Assembly (NCBI GenBank): GCA_964016885.1
Contig: OZ024745.1
Coordinates: 16,182,001 to 16,246,000 of the forward strand
Source of the DNA: Eledone cirrhosa
Taxonomy: Eukaryota
DNA: 64,000 nucleotides
Reading direction: 5' to 3'
Shown: one piece after another, positions 1 through 12,949 of the stretch
Layout: every line of letters starts with the position of its first letter
How positions within the stretch are numbered: position 1 is the first letter of the stretch
Made by a program: the position numbers and the translations under genes
The notes under the pieces: model-generated
Told to the model about the DNA's origin: nothing
What the model saw: only the letters and a program-made list of their open reading frames with translations
Databases searched by the model: none

Positions 1-213
1 TGTAAGCATAGCTGTGTTTCTTCTCTTCAAGGTGGATTTTCTTTGGCTTTTCTTGTTGATAGAGTAAGATATTCCCCAAATTGTAAAGTCTATACACACA
101 CAGAGAGGATCTTTTTTATTTTATATGGGGTATAACTATTGTTTGCATTGCCTGTATATGTTTGAGTGTTTATTACATGCATGTGTGTCTTTATGAATGA
201 CTGTGTAGTTCTG

Positions 214-512
<299 letters not shown>

Positions 513-1147
513 AACAAAAAAGAGAAAAAGAGAAAAAAAGAGAGAAAGGAAAAGTGAAATAGAGGGATGAGACGTGACGTGAATGTCCATTTCATTTCCT
601 TTTACCAATTCTGGTGCCTCCAGCCAGGGATCAATAAACAGAAACGCTATACTCCATTCTTTCCTAAATGCAAATATGCAGTCTACATTATTGATCTTCA
701 AGTCCACATTACACAATATCCCTTTTTATAGTCTTTTCCCCGCAATTAAATCATACCCCGACTCTTACACATACACATCCAGACATATAGTTCTAAAGCT
801 TTTACTCGTTTATCACTAGCTGGCCGTATATCTACATGTCAAAATCGTTTTTCTGTAGTTATATATCATTCCCTAGCAATGTGACTGAATATTACTAGAT
901 GTTTGATGGTATATTACAGTTCAGGTTTAAAATATTACTGTTGCGCTGATATGTTAATATCTGTTTATATCACTATATATCTATTTAAATTCTATAGATT
1001 TGTATTTCTACAACAGTTAGATATTAGAGATCTATTTGTACACACACACCCACACACTCTCACACACACACATATACATATAGTTCAAGGAAACGACGAA
1101 ACAGAGGTACAAAAAAGTCTTATTAGTTTCACGCTTTACACACACAG

Positions 1148-1190
<43 letters not shown>

Positions 1191-1193
1191 GAT

Positions 1194-1321
1194 ATTTATG
1201 TAGATATAGACTGGTTGTTGAAGCTGTAGTTCTGGAGGTGTATCTTAGATTGCTGTGTATAATATATAAAGCAATGCTGTCAAGAGAAGAATAAGTAATA
1301 TACCGTGTATATATATATATG

Positions 1322-1387
<66 letters not shown>

Positions 1388-1493
1388 GATATATTATTTA
1401 TTCTTCTCTTGACAGCATTGCTTTATATATACAGCAATCTAAGATACATCTCCAGAACTACAGCTTCAACAACCAGTCTATATCTACATAAAT
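1194..1493. repeat. ~110-bp inverted repeat flanking a (TA)n/(CA)n spacer
   Basis: 1194-1307 (ATTTATGTAGATATAGACTGGTTGTTGAAGCTGTAGTTCTGGAG…) is the near-exact reverse complement of 1385-1493 (…CTCCAGAACTACAGCTTCAACAACCAGTCTATATCTACATAAAT). Confidence 0.92.
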
Positions 1494-2055
1494 CCCTGAC
1501 CTGGCAGACCTACCGATGACGTAGTGTCAGACAGAACGCCGAAACCGTTTTGCACGTACTTGTACAGTGTTCAGGCATTGCTGACTTTTGTCGAACAGCT
1601 TTTGTTACGTATGGGACGGATTTGACTATTGGCTGAATCCAACATGAAAATCGCCCCACCGCCTTCTTGTGGCTACGAGGGGGAAGCAATTTGTTTCTGT
1701 CTGGTGGCTGTAGTAAAGAGGTTTCATGGTGGATGCGACTGAAAGGACTGAAGATAGACACATCGCTCTTCGGTCAATCACAAACTTTTCAAGTTCAACT
1801 TTGAAAAGAAGGTGAGGTTGGAGAAGGAAGTGCTACTCTCCATTATATTTTGTTAAAAGGTGGGTGTATGTAGCGAGGATGGCCCTAGTGAAAGAGCCTT
1901 CTCTGAGCATGCGCCTCTAGGTAGGTGAGTTCAAAGAGGAAGGTGATACCTTCCTACGGTGATCTTGGCAATTATGATGGGTTTGGATCTGTGCGGTTTC
2001 TAAACTACCCCAGGGTAATGCTCCCCTACTGGGAAATTTGATATTTCATTGCGAT
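1494..2055. mobile_element. Possible decayed Penelope-like element remnant
   Basis: GC-richer block adjoining the inverted repeat. The minus strand reads RNEISNFPVGEHY (~2053-2015), loosely like the PVaxHF motif of PLE GIY-YIG regions. A degenerate CCGATGA…GAAAC lies at ~1512-1545. Confidence 0.3.
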
Positions 2056-2152
2056 TTTCTTTGTTACACTCCAAATTATGTCATGTTCTTTGTTTTTCGG
2101 CCCTAGTGGCCAATAACGAAAGAATTATCCTTGTCATTACTATTTTTATATA

Positions 2153-2352
2153 TTGGCAGTATTGGTAGAGCGTTGTACAGCATGCTTGCGGCATATAGTT
2201 ATGGCCCTTTACTTTTTGACTTCAAATGCCGCCGAGATTTGCTTTCCTTGGGGGTCCTTGCGGGGTCGATGAACTAAAGTACCAGTAACGCACTGGAGTC
2301 AATTTAATCGACTTTCTCCTCTAATTGCTGGCTTTGTACCTAAATCAGAAAC
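2153..2352 (+). mobile_element. tRNA-derived SINE, family A (octopus-type), decayed
   Basis: TTGGCAG…GTAGAGCG…GACTTCAAATGCCGCCGAG…GGGGTCGAT…AAAGTACCAGTAACGCACTGGAGTCAATTTAATCGACT, shared with other copies in the window. Confidence 0.75.
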
Positions 2353-2370
2353 CTACGATGATAATGATAA

Positions 2371-2487
2371 TAATTGTTTCTACTTTAGGCACAAGGCCAG
2401 AAATTATCTCAGTGTATTACTGGTACTTTATTTTATTGACCCTTTAAGGATGAAAGGCAAAGTTAACCTCGGCGGGATTTGAACTTA
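2371..2487 (-). mobile_element. SINE family A, 3' half, tail-to-tail with the previous copy
   Basis: The reverse complement reads AAGTTCAAATCCCGCCGAGGTTAACTTTGCCTTTCATCC…AAGTACCAGTAATACACTG…GGCCTTGTGCCTAAAGTAGAAACAATT, closely matching 23918-24012. Confidence 0.8.
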
Positions 2488-3350
2488 GTAATAATAATAA
2501 TAAAGTTTGATATTGTTCTCACCAGTACAATTGTTTATGTGAGTGTTTTTGCTGTCTTTTGAAATTAGCATCATTGGCTATTTTCCATTATCTTGTGAAG
2601 TTATATAATTTGAAATAAATCCAGAGTACTCCTCGACTTCGACTTTATGCAAGCCATATATGTAAAAACTGAATTGAATGGCCGGTTACTGTTGACCCGG
2701 CGGCGAATCAATCATATACTCCTAATTGAATATTATAGCAGGCTTTAAACCATTTCACCAAGATGCTGTTGGCTTAATTGCTCCGTTACACGGCAATATT
2801 TTGCAGATATTAGTTTTATCTCAATATCCTATGTTGCTCGAAATGAGATGCTATTGCTGACTAACGCCAGTATTAATGGCAAATAAAAACAAGAATGAAA
2901 CAGGCTTCGTTTCTACACGGAACAAAACGGGCTGAAGAGAACAGATGATGTTAGGTGGTTTAATATTAAAGGAGCATTACTAAGAACAACATCGATCACA
3001 ACAGCAACAACAACAATAATAATAAAATCAACAATAATATATTTACCTAAGTTAGAAACCATTGAGTGCTTTTGATTTGCATAGATTAGAGAAAATCAAT
3101 TCCTGATGGTTGGGTATTCCTGTAATTATTTTAACGAGTGATAACAAATATTAAGGGTTATCTTGCATGATAAAAAGCAGCTTGTATGCATGATTGGGTA
3201 ACCGGAATATTCTATACATTATTTACATTAATATTCGCACATTGTTGCGTTGCTATAGAACCAGTTAGGTGAACTAACTCGTAGATAAATAATATTTATT
3301 GCTAATAGTATAGCTATAGATGAGAGTTTTGATGTCATACAATATTTTTT

Positions 3351-3351
<1 letters not shown>

Positions 3352-3438
<87 letters not shown>

Positions 3439-3449
3439 ATCTTTTTATT

Positions 3450-3514
<65 letters not shown>

Positions 3515-3515
3515 T
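3352..3515. repeat. (CT)n + (TCTA)n microsatellite
   Basis: Directly visible. Confidence 0.95.
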
Positions 3516-3639
3516 TATTTATCTTCCTCCCTTCCATCCTGCCACTCACACTCCCTTTATATCTATGACTACCATTTAACTACTCGTGTTTTCCCTTTCT
3601 CTACTTTTCCTTTTTTTTCCAATCCCCCCTTTATTCTGT

Positions 3640-3720
3640 TTTTATTTTCGATGAAAGACTAGCATCTGAAACATTAAAGCTATTGTATTTCTTCCCTTAA
3701 GCGTTAAACTAATATACTGC
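3640..3720 (+). mobile_element. Degenerate hammerhead-like PLE tail (family H3)
   Basis: CGATGAAAGACTAGCATCTGAAACATTAAAG…AAGCGTTAAACTAATATA aligns with 12961-13035 (TGATGAAGGACTAGTGTCGGAAACGCTAAG…AAGCGTTATATTAATATA). The core is mutated in both. Confidence 0.45.
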
Positions 3721-3842
3721 TATGGTAGTATGTTGTCTGCTATTGTCATACGTTCATTTTTATTTATTTTATTATATATAATATTATTTTAACAATTTCA
3801 TTCGTACATCGAAGTAAATATTGACCAGATATCCTTACATAT

Positions 3843-4037
3843 ACATTATATAGTATTTATATCTACTTTATAGTATAGAACATTTTGTGACTGTTATATA
3901 AAGATATATTGAAAGTATAGTAATCAGGGTTATAAATTTACATTATATAGTATTTATATCTACTTTATAGTATAGAACATTCTGTGACTGTTATATAAAG
4001 ATATATTGAAAGTATAGTAATCAGGGTTATACATTTA
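3843..4037. repeat. 97-bp tandem duplication (2 copies)
   Basis: ACATTATATAGTATTTATATCTACTTTATAGTATAGAACATT…TAATCAGGGTTATA starts at 3843 and again at 3940, with about 2 mismatches. Confidence 0.93.
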
Positions 4038-4701
4038 TATCTCAAAATTGTGCAGAATCCATGTATATAAGTTAGTGAAAGAGAATAACAAAAAGCAGTA
4101 TAAATATTTAAAGGACATCAAATGAACCTTCTTATAGTTGTAGATAAAAGCGTAAGAATTTACCAAACACTACATGCCAGCGCTGCAAATAGCATATATT
4201 GTAGAAAAACTGTTCTGTGTTGGAATATGGGTTAATAAAAATATCATTGAAATGTTCTATGTCAGTAGGCGTCAAATGATTTTTCTCTACTTTAATAAGC
4301 CTGTGTATATCCCATTTTATCTTAAGTTTGGTTTTATTGATGAGGGTTCTTATAGTGACGCTGGTTTACTAATTTCACGTCAACACACGCATGTTTAGTA
4401 TATCCATGTACACATGGATTAACGCGCATACACATAGACAGAGGGAAATAGTAGAAATAAGAGTCTAAAGAAGATAACTAATAACATTAGTTATGAAAAT
4501 TATCTGTCGACTTTTATCTTGATACAGGTGACGTTAACGGGAAGTGTGTTATCAAAAGTATAGAAAATGTAATTAGATTAAATGTGAAGGTGGTCACCAA
4601 TATTATGTTTGTTAGCATTATTCACTCATAGATTATTTCACTCGTGATTTCTAAGCTCCGTCTTTTCCTTGCCTTAATATTATCAATAATATGACTAGCA
4701 T

Positions 4702-4832
4702 AGGCGACGAATTGGCAGAATCATTAGAACATCGGATAGAATGCTTTACGATATTCGATCCAGTTCTCTTCTTTCTGAGTTCAAATCTCGCCGAGGTCAA
4801 GTTTGTCTTTCATCCATTCGAGGTTGATAAAA
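4702..4832 (+). mobile_element. SINE family A, 5' part
   Basis: GGCGACGAATTGGCAGAATCATTAG…CTGAGTTCAAATCTCGCCGAGGTCAAGTTTGTCTTTCATCC, with A-box/B-box-like motifs. Confidence 0.8.
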
Positions 4833-4915
4833 GTGTTAACAGTCTACTATTAGTGTCTATTCTTTCTCTATATATCGTACTCACTCCCTCTTTCTCTCAC
4901 TTGAGTTGAAATAAG

Positions 4916-5095
4916 ACCGAGGTCAACTTTGCAATTCAATCTTTGGGGTTGATAAAAAAAAGTACCAGTCTAGTACTGGTGGCGATTCTTCTTCCATAAC
5001 TCTTTTTAACTTCCAGTCCCTCACTCTCTGTACCCTTCTCTGGAAGAAAACTATTGTACGCAGGCCAAGAGAGGGATAGGCTCCAACTGGTATCC
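4916..5095 (+). mobile_element. SINE family A, 3' part with an extension shared with 20915-21080
   Basis: CCGAGGTCAACTTTGC…GATAAAAAAAAGTACCAGTCTAGTACTG…CTTCTCTGGAAGAAA…CAGGCC…GAGGGAT.GGCT.CC occurs at both loci. Confidence 0.7.
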
Positions 5096-5454
5096 CTCCG
5101 ACTCCGTCGAGAGTTACAGAGTTACTAATATGACTAATTGTATTAATTGTATTAATAGTATGATAATAGATCTTTCGTCGGTTTCGATGATGAGTGATTC
5201 AAACAACTGAATGTCTGACTTGTGATTTAACATGCAAATGGATGAGTATTCCACAGACACGTGAACTTTTAACTCACTTCCCGCAAGAATCCGAGTGGTA
5301 CAATATGTGATATGGCTGGGCCTTTGAATCACAGGCAGAATACATCTAACGGGCTTCCACGCAGTTACCGTTTGCTGTTTACCCAGTTACACTCAAGTGT
5401 TTTCGTTGACCATTCAGCAATGGATTTAGTACAGTATTTAGCTACATATTTGTA

Positions 5455-5545
5455 TGTATTGAGTTCAAATCTTGCAAATGTTGCCATCTAACCCTCATTT
5501 TTCCGGGGTCGATAAAGTATCAATCAAATAGGGAGGCCGATATGA
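5455..5545 (+). mobile_element. SINE family A fragment, highly decayed
   Basis: TGAGTTCAAATC…CCGGGGTCGATAAAGTA. Confidence 0.55.
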
Positions 5546-6106
5546 ACAACTGTTCACTGCCTCACCCCAAATTTCAGATAGTTTGCCTTCTTCTTCGTCT
5601 TTTTCTTCTTATTATTATCCCCCTCAATTATATATATTCTCCTACATGATCAAATGAATAACACATATTTAACATTGCTAGTTCTATATCATACGTAAAC
5701 ATTTCTTCTCTAATTTGCCGGCTATTGATCTATTAGGAATCGATAGTTTAGGATGACATATCTGAAATCTAAATCGAACGCTTACTGTATTTATAGATAA
5801 GTTAATAACTGTATCGATAGGAGAGCGCATAATTGATGCTATATTACTTGTGCTTGGTATACACACACACACTTGCACACACACACACACACATGCACGC
5901 ACACACACATACAGACATAATTTGGAACCCAGGTCAGGGGCAGAGATTTAAAAAACATCATTTTACATGTAGATCTTATCTCCCAAATAATATTTACTAT
6001 CTAATATCGATGTCGTTTATATTTATTTGGATAAAAGCTGTGGTGTAGTACTAAAAAAACAACAAAAAACAAAAAGCACAAGTGGCACATTACTGAGAGG
6101 GTAGGC

Positions 6107-6134
<28 letters not shown>

Positions 6135-6137
<3 letters not shown>

Positions 6138-6330
6138 GGAACCAGTAAGACCCCGACAGCTGAGCTCAAGCCGTTTCGACGGCTAATTCTGGACTGAATT
6201 AGCCGTCGAAACGGCTTGAGCTCAGCTGTCGGGGTCTTACTGGTTCCTATTACCCACTCTACTACCTCAAGTATTGAGTACTTTGGTGCGTTATGGTCCA
6301 CCTGGTTCCTTACCACATTTCCTTCGTTAT
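6135..6330. mobile_element. Fold-back element: perfect 55-bp inverted arms, 6-nt loop and ~80-bp unique tail, inserted in (TA)n
   Basis: 6135-6189 is the exact reverse complement of 6196-6250. The tail (TACCCACTCTACTACC…CCTGGTTCCTTACCACA..TCCTTCGTTA) recurs at 16431-16510. Confidence 0.88.
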
Positions 6331-6352
6331 ATATATATATATATATATATAT

Positions 6353-6561
6353 GTCTAAAGTCTAAAGTCTAAAGTCTAAAGTCTGTCTTAAGCCAGAAGG
6401 CTCGTTTGGCCGGTGTTTATCCCGGTTTCATGGCGTGAAGCAACTGAGAGTACAAGACTCCCCCCTGGACAGGACGCCAGTCAATCACAGGGTTAAACTA
6501 TTGCTGGTACTCATTTTCAGCTGAGTATACTGGAGCAACGTGAAATGAAGTGTTTTTGCTC

Positions 6562-6563
<2 letters not shown>
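6353..6563 (-). mobile_element. 5'-truncated SINE with a conserved central domain (Meta/V/Nin-like) and a (TTTAGAC)n tail
   Basis: The minus strand reads CACTTCATTTCACGTTGCTCCAG…CTCAGCTGAAAATGAGTACCAGC…CCCTGTGATTGACTGGCGTCCTGTCCAGGGGG…GCTTCACGCCATGAAACCGGGATAAAC. The tail appears as (GTCTAAA)4 at 6353-6380. Confidence 0.7.
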
Positions 6564-6607
<44 letters not shown>

Positions 6608-6620
6608 GAGAGAGAGAGAG

Positions 6621-6776
6621 AATAGAAAAAAAACGAGGAAGTTTCGTTTACATATGAAAAATATTTATTGCGTATCGACCATATGTAAAGGAAAGTTCCT
6701 CGTTTTTTCTATTATATACACTCTGCCTGTGTATAGAGTATTTGGTACCAACACCAGTATTTCACCTTACTACCTA

Positions 6777-6780
<4 letters not shown>
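6621..6780. mobile_element. Fold-back element: ~35-bp imperfect arms plus tail, between microsatellites
   Basis: AATAGAAAAAAAACGAGGAAGTTTCGTTTACATATG (6621-6656) pairs with CATATGTAAAGGAAAGTTCCTCGTTTTTTCTATT (6680-6713). The tail reads CACTCT…GAGTATTTGGTACC…CCTTACTACC. Confidence 0.7.
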
Positions 6781-6808
<28 letters not shown>

Positions 6809-6811
<3 letters not shown>

Positions 6812-6965
6812 TCCCGGGTTCAATTGTGGGTAACCACAGTAAGTAAGGTACTCAATACATTAGTTGAGTGTAAACATCAAATTTAAGAGAGTAATGCCTT
6901 TTACAGGACTAGAACTGTTTCACTCGAATGAAACAGTTCTAGTCCCGTAGAAGTCATTTCTCTCT
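6809..6965. mobile_element. Fold-back element in opposite orientation (tail then hairpin)
   Basis: Perfect 17-bp arms GGACTAGAACTGTTTCA/TGAAACAGTTCTAGTCC (6906-6945) extend imperfectly to ~6886-6965. The tail contains GTACTCAATAC, the reverse complement of 6271-6281. Confidence 0.7.
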
Positions 6966-6967
6966 CT

Positions 6968-7804
<837 letters not shown>

Positions 7805-7855
7805 TGATGTCTTCCAAAAGTAACGGTCGCATTTTGAAAGGGTACGTCAATGTTT

Positions 7856-7960
7856 ATTTATAAAACTGGTATATATTGTATTTTGTCTGATGAAGGCATA
7901 CCATAATTTAACTTGGTATTCTTGAAATATGTATAATGAAATAAATATGGTTTTATAAAT
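7856..7960 (+). ncRNA. Minimal type I hammerhead ribozyme motif (H2 copy 1) in a ~180-bp island between (TA)n tracts
   Basis: CTGATGA at 7887-7893. Stem II AGGCATACCA/TGGTATTCTT (9 of 10 pairs). GAAA at 7924-7927, quasi-palindromic ATATGTAT, H = A7935. Stem I TATTGTATTTTGT/ATGAAATAAATA plus ATTTATAAAAC/GTTTTATAAAT. Confidence 0.75.
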
Positions 7961-7983
7961 ATAGTTTCCATTTGTCAATATCG

Positions 7984-8185
<202 letters not shown>

Positions 8186-9247
8186 TCCAGCTATTTTGTG
8201 GCGGATAACGTTGTTGGAACTCAATGTAGCCGTGAAAGGCGGTATCAACGAGTTTCGGTGGCGTGTGCTATAGTTTTTAATGGTAGGTTCTCATCGCATA
8301 AGACAATGCTGTGTTGTGAAAATCTGTGTACAGGCCTAATAATTTAGCAAGGTTAGCTAGACTAAGGCTCAGATAGATATAGGAAATAGTAAAGAAATAT
8401 TGTTTTGATTAGATAACTCAACAATATGCTTGAGAAGAGTATTCTGCATAACATTTGACTATCCTAGTAATTTGAAGACAGAAATACTTTAGGTGCGTTC
8501 TGTAGATGAAATGTAAGCAAAAAAAGAGTTCGCACACACACATACACTCAAATATATAGACACTCAAACACATACAAAGACTTACACACAGATACTGAAA
8601 GTTGTTTGAAGTTTGTTGTATCGAAACAATTTTGCGTCACATGAATAGACATTTCAACTTATACGAAATTATAAACTATGTTTCCTAACATTCACATCAA
8701 AGAACGCTCGGTTAACTTCGATCAGAGTGTCACAGAACTCATTTATCAGTAGGTTGGTGTTCATGGACAGTTTGCAATTTATCAGTGGTCCCTTCATATT
8801 GCTTTTTTCTGGCTTACATCATGTGCCTGCGATTGGTGCAACATCTTATCACATTTTAAAACTTGGCCTATTACTTTCTCCGTTTCGTAAAGATAAACGA
8901 GTAGTGTTTTGTCTCGCGCCGACTGAGAAAGAAGATAAACGGCGGGTGCAGTTGAAAAGTTTGGGGAGATCTTTTCCTCCTAGACCAAGCCCTCATCAAC
9001 TTCAGGGTGGCCAATAAATGGTTTTGCTATTTAAAAATGTAATACATTTCTTTTCACAAATAATTTATTTTAATCTTTATTTCAGATTTTGAAAATATGT
9101 TTCCTAGAAATTGATTATCGAAAACATCATAGGAATGTATATTCGAAATCTGAAATAAAAGTAAATAAATAATGTTTTTAAAGAGGCACGAGTGCGTGGG
9201 TGCATTTATACAGACACACACACACACAGACACACGCACACACACAT

Positions 9248-9278
<31 letters not shown>

Positions 9279-9674
9279 GGGAATGTAACGTCCAGTTACT
9301 GTAGGTTCACTAGAGTGAGCACTCGAGGCGTAGTTTCCAGTCGATATAGCGGTGTAGAATTAAGCAGAGACGATTTGTTATGTCTTTATTACGTTTATTG
9401 AGTAGTGACGCGCGTTTCGCTATTGATCAGCTCAAGGTTAGATCTGTATCGATCTAGCCCGACTCTGGAACTCGAGAGAGAGAGTGAGTCGGTTTCTAAC
9501 ATAGACACAAGACTCCTTCATTGGAAGACAAAATAAACTAGGTAAATATGTTTGCATGCGTGCATGTATGTGCAGATATGGCTGTTATTGTATGTGTGGA
9601 TGTGGATGTTTTGAGTTATATGTGTGTATGTGTATATTTTTTGTATCTGTACCTGTATACATGCAAAATGTTTA

Positions 9675-10032
9675 GAAGGTTTTACATATTTTTACTGGAT
9701 TGTACTTGTAATTTCCTGATTAGTTGTGTTCTTTCTGTTCCTGTGAAGCCCAGCTTCTCAAGATTTGTACTGAGGCAGTTACTAACATATCTCTGTGCTT
9801 CAATAATCACAGGTATAAATCTGAAGGTATAGTCGGGGTGCAGTATCTGCAGATTTCTCATTAGTTCTGCATAGATATTCTTCTTTTCGCGAATCTTTAA
9901 TATTATATTGGCATCTGCTGGACAGCTAACTTCCACTACTGTGCATGCCTTCTTCTCCCTGTCAATTATCATTATATCTGGTCTGCTATGCTTGCATTTT
10001 ATTGGGGTTTTTACTGGAACATTCCACATGTA
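9675..10032 (-). mobile_element. Non-LTR retrotransposon 3' fragment encoding a restriction-like endonuclease (R4/Dong/NeSL-type)
   Basis: The translation WNVPVKT…HSRPDIMIIDREKKACTVVEVSCPADANI…KIREKKNIYAEL…FIPVII matches the RPD…E/D-V-x-CP…K…K…Y…IPVII signature of RLE-clade LINEs. Confidence 0.85.
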
Positions 10033-10040
10033 CTCTTTCG

Positions 10041-10240
10041 CATGTATGTATGTATGTATGTATGTATGTATGTATGTATGTATGTATGTATGTATGTATG
10101 TATGTATGTATGTATGTACGTATGTATATATGTATGTATGTATGTCTGTATGGGTGTATGTATGTACCTAAATATGTGTATGTATGTATGTATGTATGTA
10201 TGTATGGATGTATGTATGTACCTAAATATGTGTATGTATA
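10041..10240. repeat. (ATGT)n tetranucleotide microsatellite with an internal duplication
   Basis: Directly visible. GTATGTACCTAAATATGTGTATG occurs twice. Confidence 0.93.
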
Positions 10241-10244
10241 TGCG

Positions 10245-10590
10245 CGGGGACATAGAAATAGTCGGGCTGGATACCCAATCGCGCGGTTAAACCATTGGGA
10301 GTGAAGGACCCCTAGCCTCTAGGAGAAGGCAACTCAGGAAACTGGGATAACTCCGACATAAACCTGCGGCTCAGTAGTTATCGATGATGTTGATCTTTTC
10401 TTCTTTTCGGGTTATAGCTACTATCGCTCAGAGAGTGGGATTGGCTCAGTGCACAGTCTTTCCTCACTTTGAAAAATATCTTCACGCACAGGCATAGCAC
10501 GATGGAATGAATTAATAATTATTAATAATGGTATATCGTGCAATAGCCATACTCGATAACGAGGGGGGCAGCCATCATGTATGTATGCAT
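10245..10590 (+). mobile_element. Non-autonomous retroelement (RTE-related?) ending in (ATGT)n
   Basis: TCAGAGAGTGGGATTGGCTCAGTGCACAGTCTTTCCTCACTT (~10428-10470) and the terminal GCAGCCATCATGTATG both have reverse-complement counterparts in 22195-22430. Confidence 0.6.
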
Positions 10591-11252
10591 GTATGTATAC
10601 TAGGATTTCTCATATTAGGAATTGGGATTATCTCGAGATTCCCGGACGAAACTGTTTTTCTTCCGGGATGTAAATCTACGTACATACATGCATAAGTTTG
10701 TTTGTAAAAAAACAAACAAAATTGGTACAGTGAATAAGTTTTGTGCAAGGTGGGTGAGAGTAACGAAAGTGGCGCGACCAAATGTCTCTACACTAACCAT
10801 ATAACTGTGATTTGGCAGCTACAAGAGCAGGCATTGACTGTGAGCACAATCACTCTATATGTTTGCTCACTATGTTGTGGATTCTTTTCTCGTTATTTTC
10901 TCATTAAGAAAATGTTGGAGTTGAAATGTGAAATCTTGCTTTCGTATCTGTTGGATGGAAATTATATATAATTACAATAAAGCTGTTAATAGAAATGGGT
11001 TAATCGAAGTATTTATATCATTGATGTGCTTTTCCGTATCATCACCATCTTCACGTCATCATCGTTGTCTTCGTCACCGTCTTCGTCACCATCATCATTA
11101 TCATATATATAAAATGGTAATAAAAAAGAGGGTTGAAAAGTGGACCTGGTATATATGTATAGATAAAGGATCTTTATAGCACTTTATAATCTTTATAAAA
11201 GAAATTGATGTTTAACAAAACTTGCTTTCCTCATTCAAGGTCCTGCATTCAC

Positions 11253-11317
<65 letters not shown>

Positions 11318-11361
11318 CAAGACTGGTTTTGAACCATCAGCACAGTTGAGGTATGTCAGAC

Positions 11362-11442
11362 ATCAATTTATTTTATCTGATGAGGACGTACTGATAAAAT
11401 AGCTCAGTACCTCTGAAATATGTATAATAAAATATATTTGAT
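11362..11442 (+). ncRNA. Minimal type I hammerhead ribozyme motif (H2 copy 2) in a ~170-bp island between (TA)n tracts
   Basis: Stem I ATCAATTTATTTTAT/ATAAAATATATTTGAT. CTGATGA at 11377-11383. Stem II GGACGTACTGA/TCAGTACCTCT (10 of 11 pairs). GAAA at 11415-11418, ATATGTAT, H = A11426. Confidence 0.8.
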
Positions 11443-11476
11443 CACATGAATGTCTATATTTATTAATATTTTGAAG

Positions 11477-11539
<63 letters not shown>

Positions 11540-11541
<2 letters not shown>

Positions 11542-11804
11542 CCCAAAAGTCAGCTCAAAAGTGACACAGAGGAGACTGAGGTTGGCTGGACATGCTCACC
11601 GACATCCAGAGTTGACATTGTACTCAGTGCTCCTGTGGGAGCCCCTACATGGACACACTAGAAGAGGAAGACCAAGGTTAACGTATGTTGATGCCCTAAG
11701 GACAGACACTGGTCTGTTGGAGATGCAGGACATGGCAGCGATAATGAGGGACAGAGACCGCTGGAGAGAACTCGTCCATGGATCTCGGGAATTTTACCCG
11801 CCTT

Positions 11805-11806
<2 letters not shown>
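11540..11806 (+). mobile_element. 5'-truncated RTE/RTEX-clade LINE: C-terminus of the RT ORF, inserted in (TA)n
   Basis: The open frame RRLRLAGHAHRHPE…VLLWEPLHGHTRRGRPRLTYVDAL…[11 protein letters not shown] is the characteristic RTE C-terminus. The stop at 11804-11806 is followed directly by (TA)n. Confidence 0.92.
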
Positions 11807-11849
<43 letters not shown>

Positions 11850-11876
11850 TGTATATATATATATATATATATATGC

Positions 11877-11924
<48 letters not shown>

Positions 11925-12205
11925 TGTGTTAGGTAACCTCTCTGTCTGATGAACGGTCTAGACGTTGTTAATATTGTCTAGGGTTCTAATGGAGTAGTTA
12001 TATATTGTGTTGTTCACTTTCTAATTATATATATGGGCGTGAGCCCGAAATATTGGGATTAAATCTCCACTACGGTAACCCTTCTACCATTGTTTTGTTT
12101 TCATCTTTGTCTCTCTCAATTTTCACTTTATCCTATTTCTCCTATCTATCATTCACTTCCTACCTCGAGATTTCCCTCTGCATTGTTGTGGCTTTCTAAA
12201 CTACG

Positions 12206-12279
<74 letters not shown>

Positions 12280-12949
12280 CAATGATAGTCAGTAAAATCG
12301 AAGTTTCAGCTGCGACTAACATCTCTCGAAAACAATCTTCAAAAGCTGTCACAAGCACTCAATGAGGTGATATCGATAAATCAATAAATTATAGCTCAGA
12401 GTAATAAACATACGTTAAAAGTTTTACAAATTGAAAATTGCAACCGGGTAAATAACTGCCATAAAAGCCACCACAACAACGAAAATACAAACAGGTTATA
12501 TACGAAACTGGACCTGATCGATGGATATTATAAGATATCTTCGATTGGTTTCTGGGAATCCGAAATCAACACTCCACATGACTGTGATGTATGTGTACAT
12601 GTATGTATATCTAGAAATTAATATACATTTTTGAACATTCCCCTATGTTGGTTAGTTTACGTTCGCACGCTCACTCACCCATACCACATCCACACTCTCA
12701 GAGCAGTCAGCCTGTATCGGTTTAACGCCGATCCTTCAAACACACGAACCCAACTACACGCGCCCGTACACACACACGCACGCATTCACACATGTCCACC
12801 CCACACATAAAATGATTAATGCTCTTCCTAATCCTCTCTAACGCGTAAGGTACCCTTGAATCACAAATATCTAAAATGACTTATTCATTTTCCTTTCCTG
12901 TTCCTTCCTCTTCTTACTCTTTATCTTTCTATTTTATCATTTATTTCTA

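Noticed and set aside
4702-4800. tRNA genes at SINE heads (also 16073 and 19246)
   Set aside because: Only A/B-box-like remnants are present, with no cloverleaf, and they continue into SINE bodies.
11947-12060. CTGATGA followed by a stem (CTAGAC/GTCTAG), with a later GGGC-GTGA-GCCC-GAAA
   Set aside because: No GAAA follows the first stem and no core precedes the second, so a complete hammerhead cannot be assembled. It may be rearranged debris.
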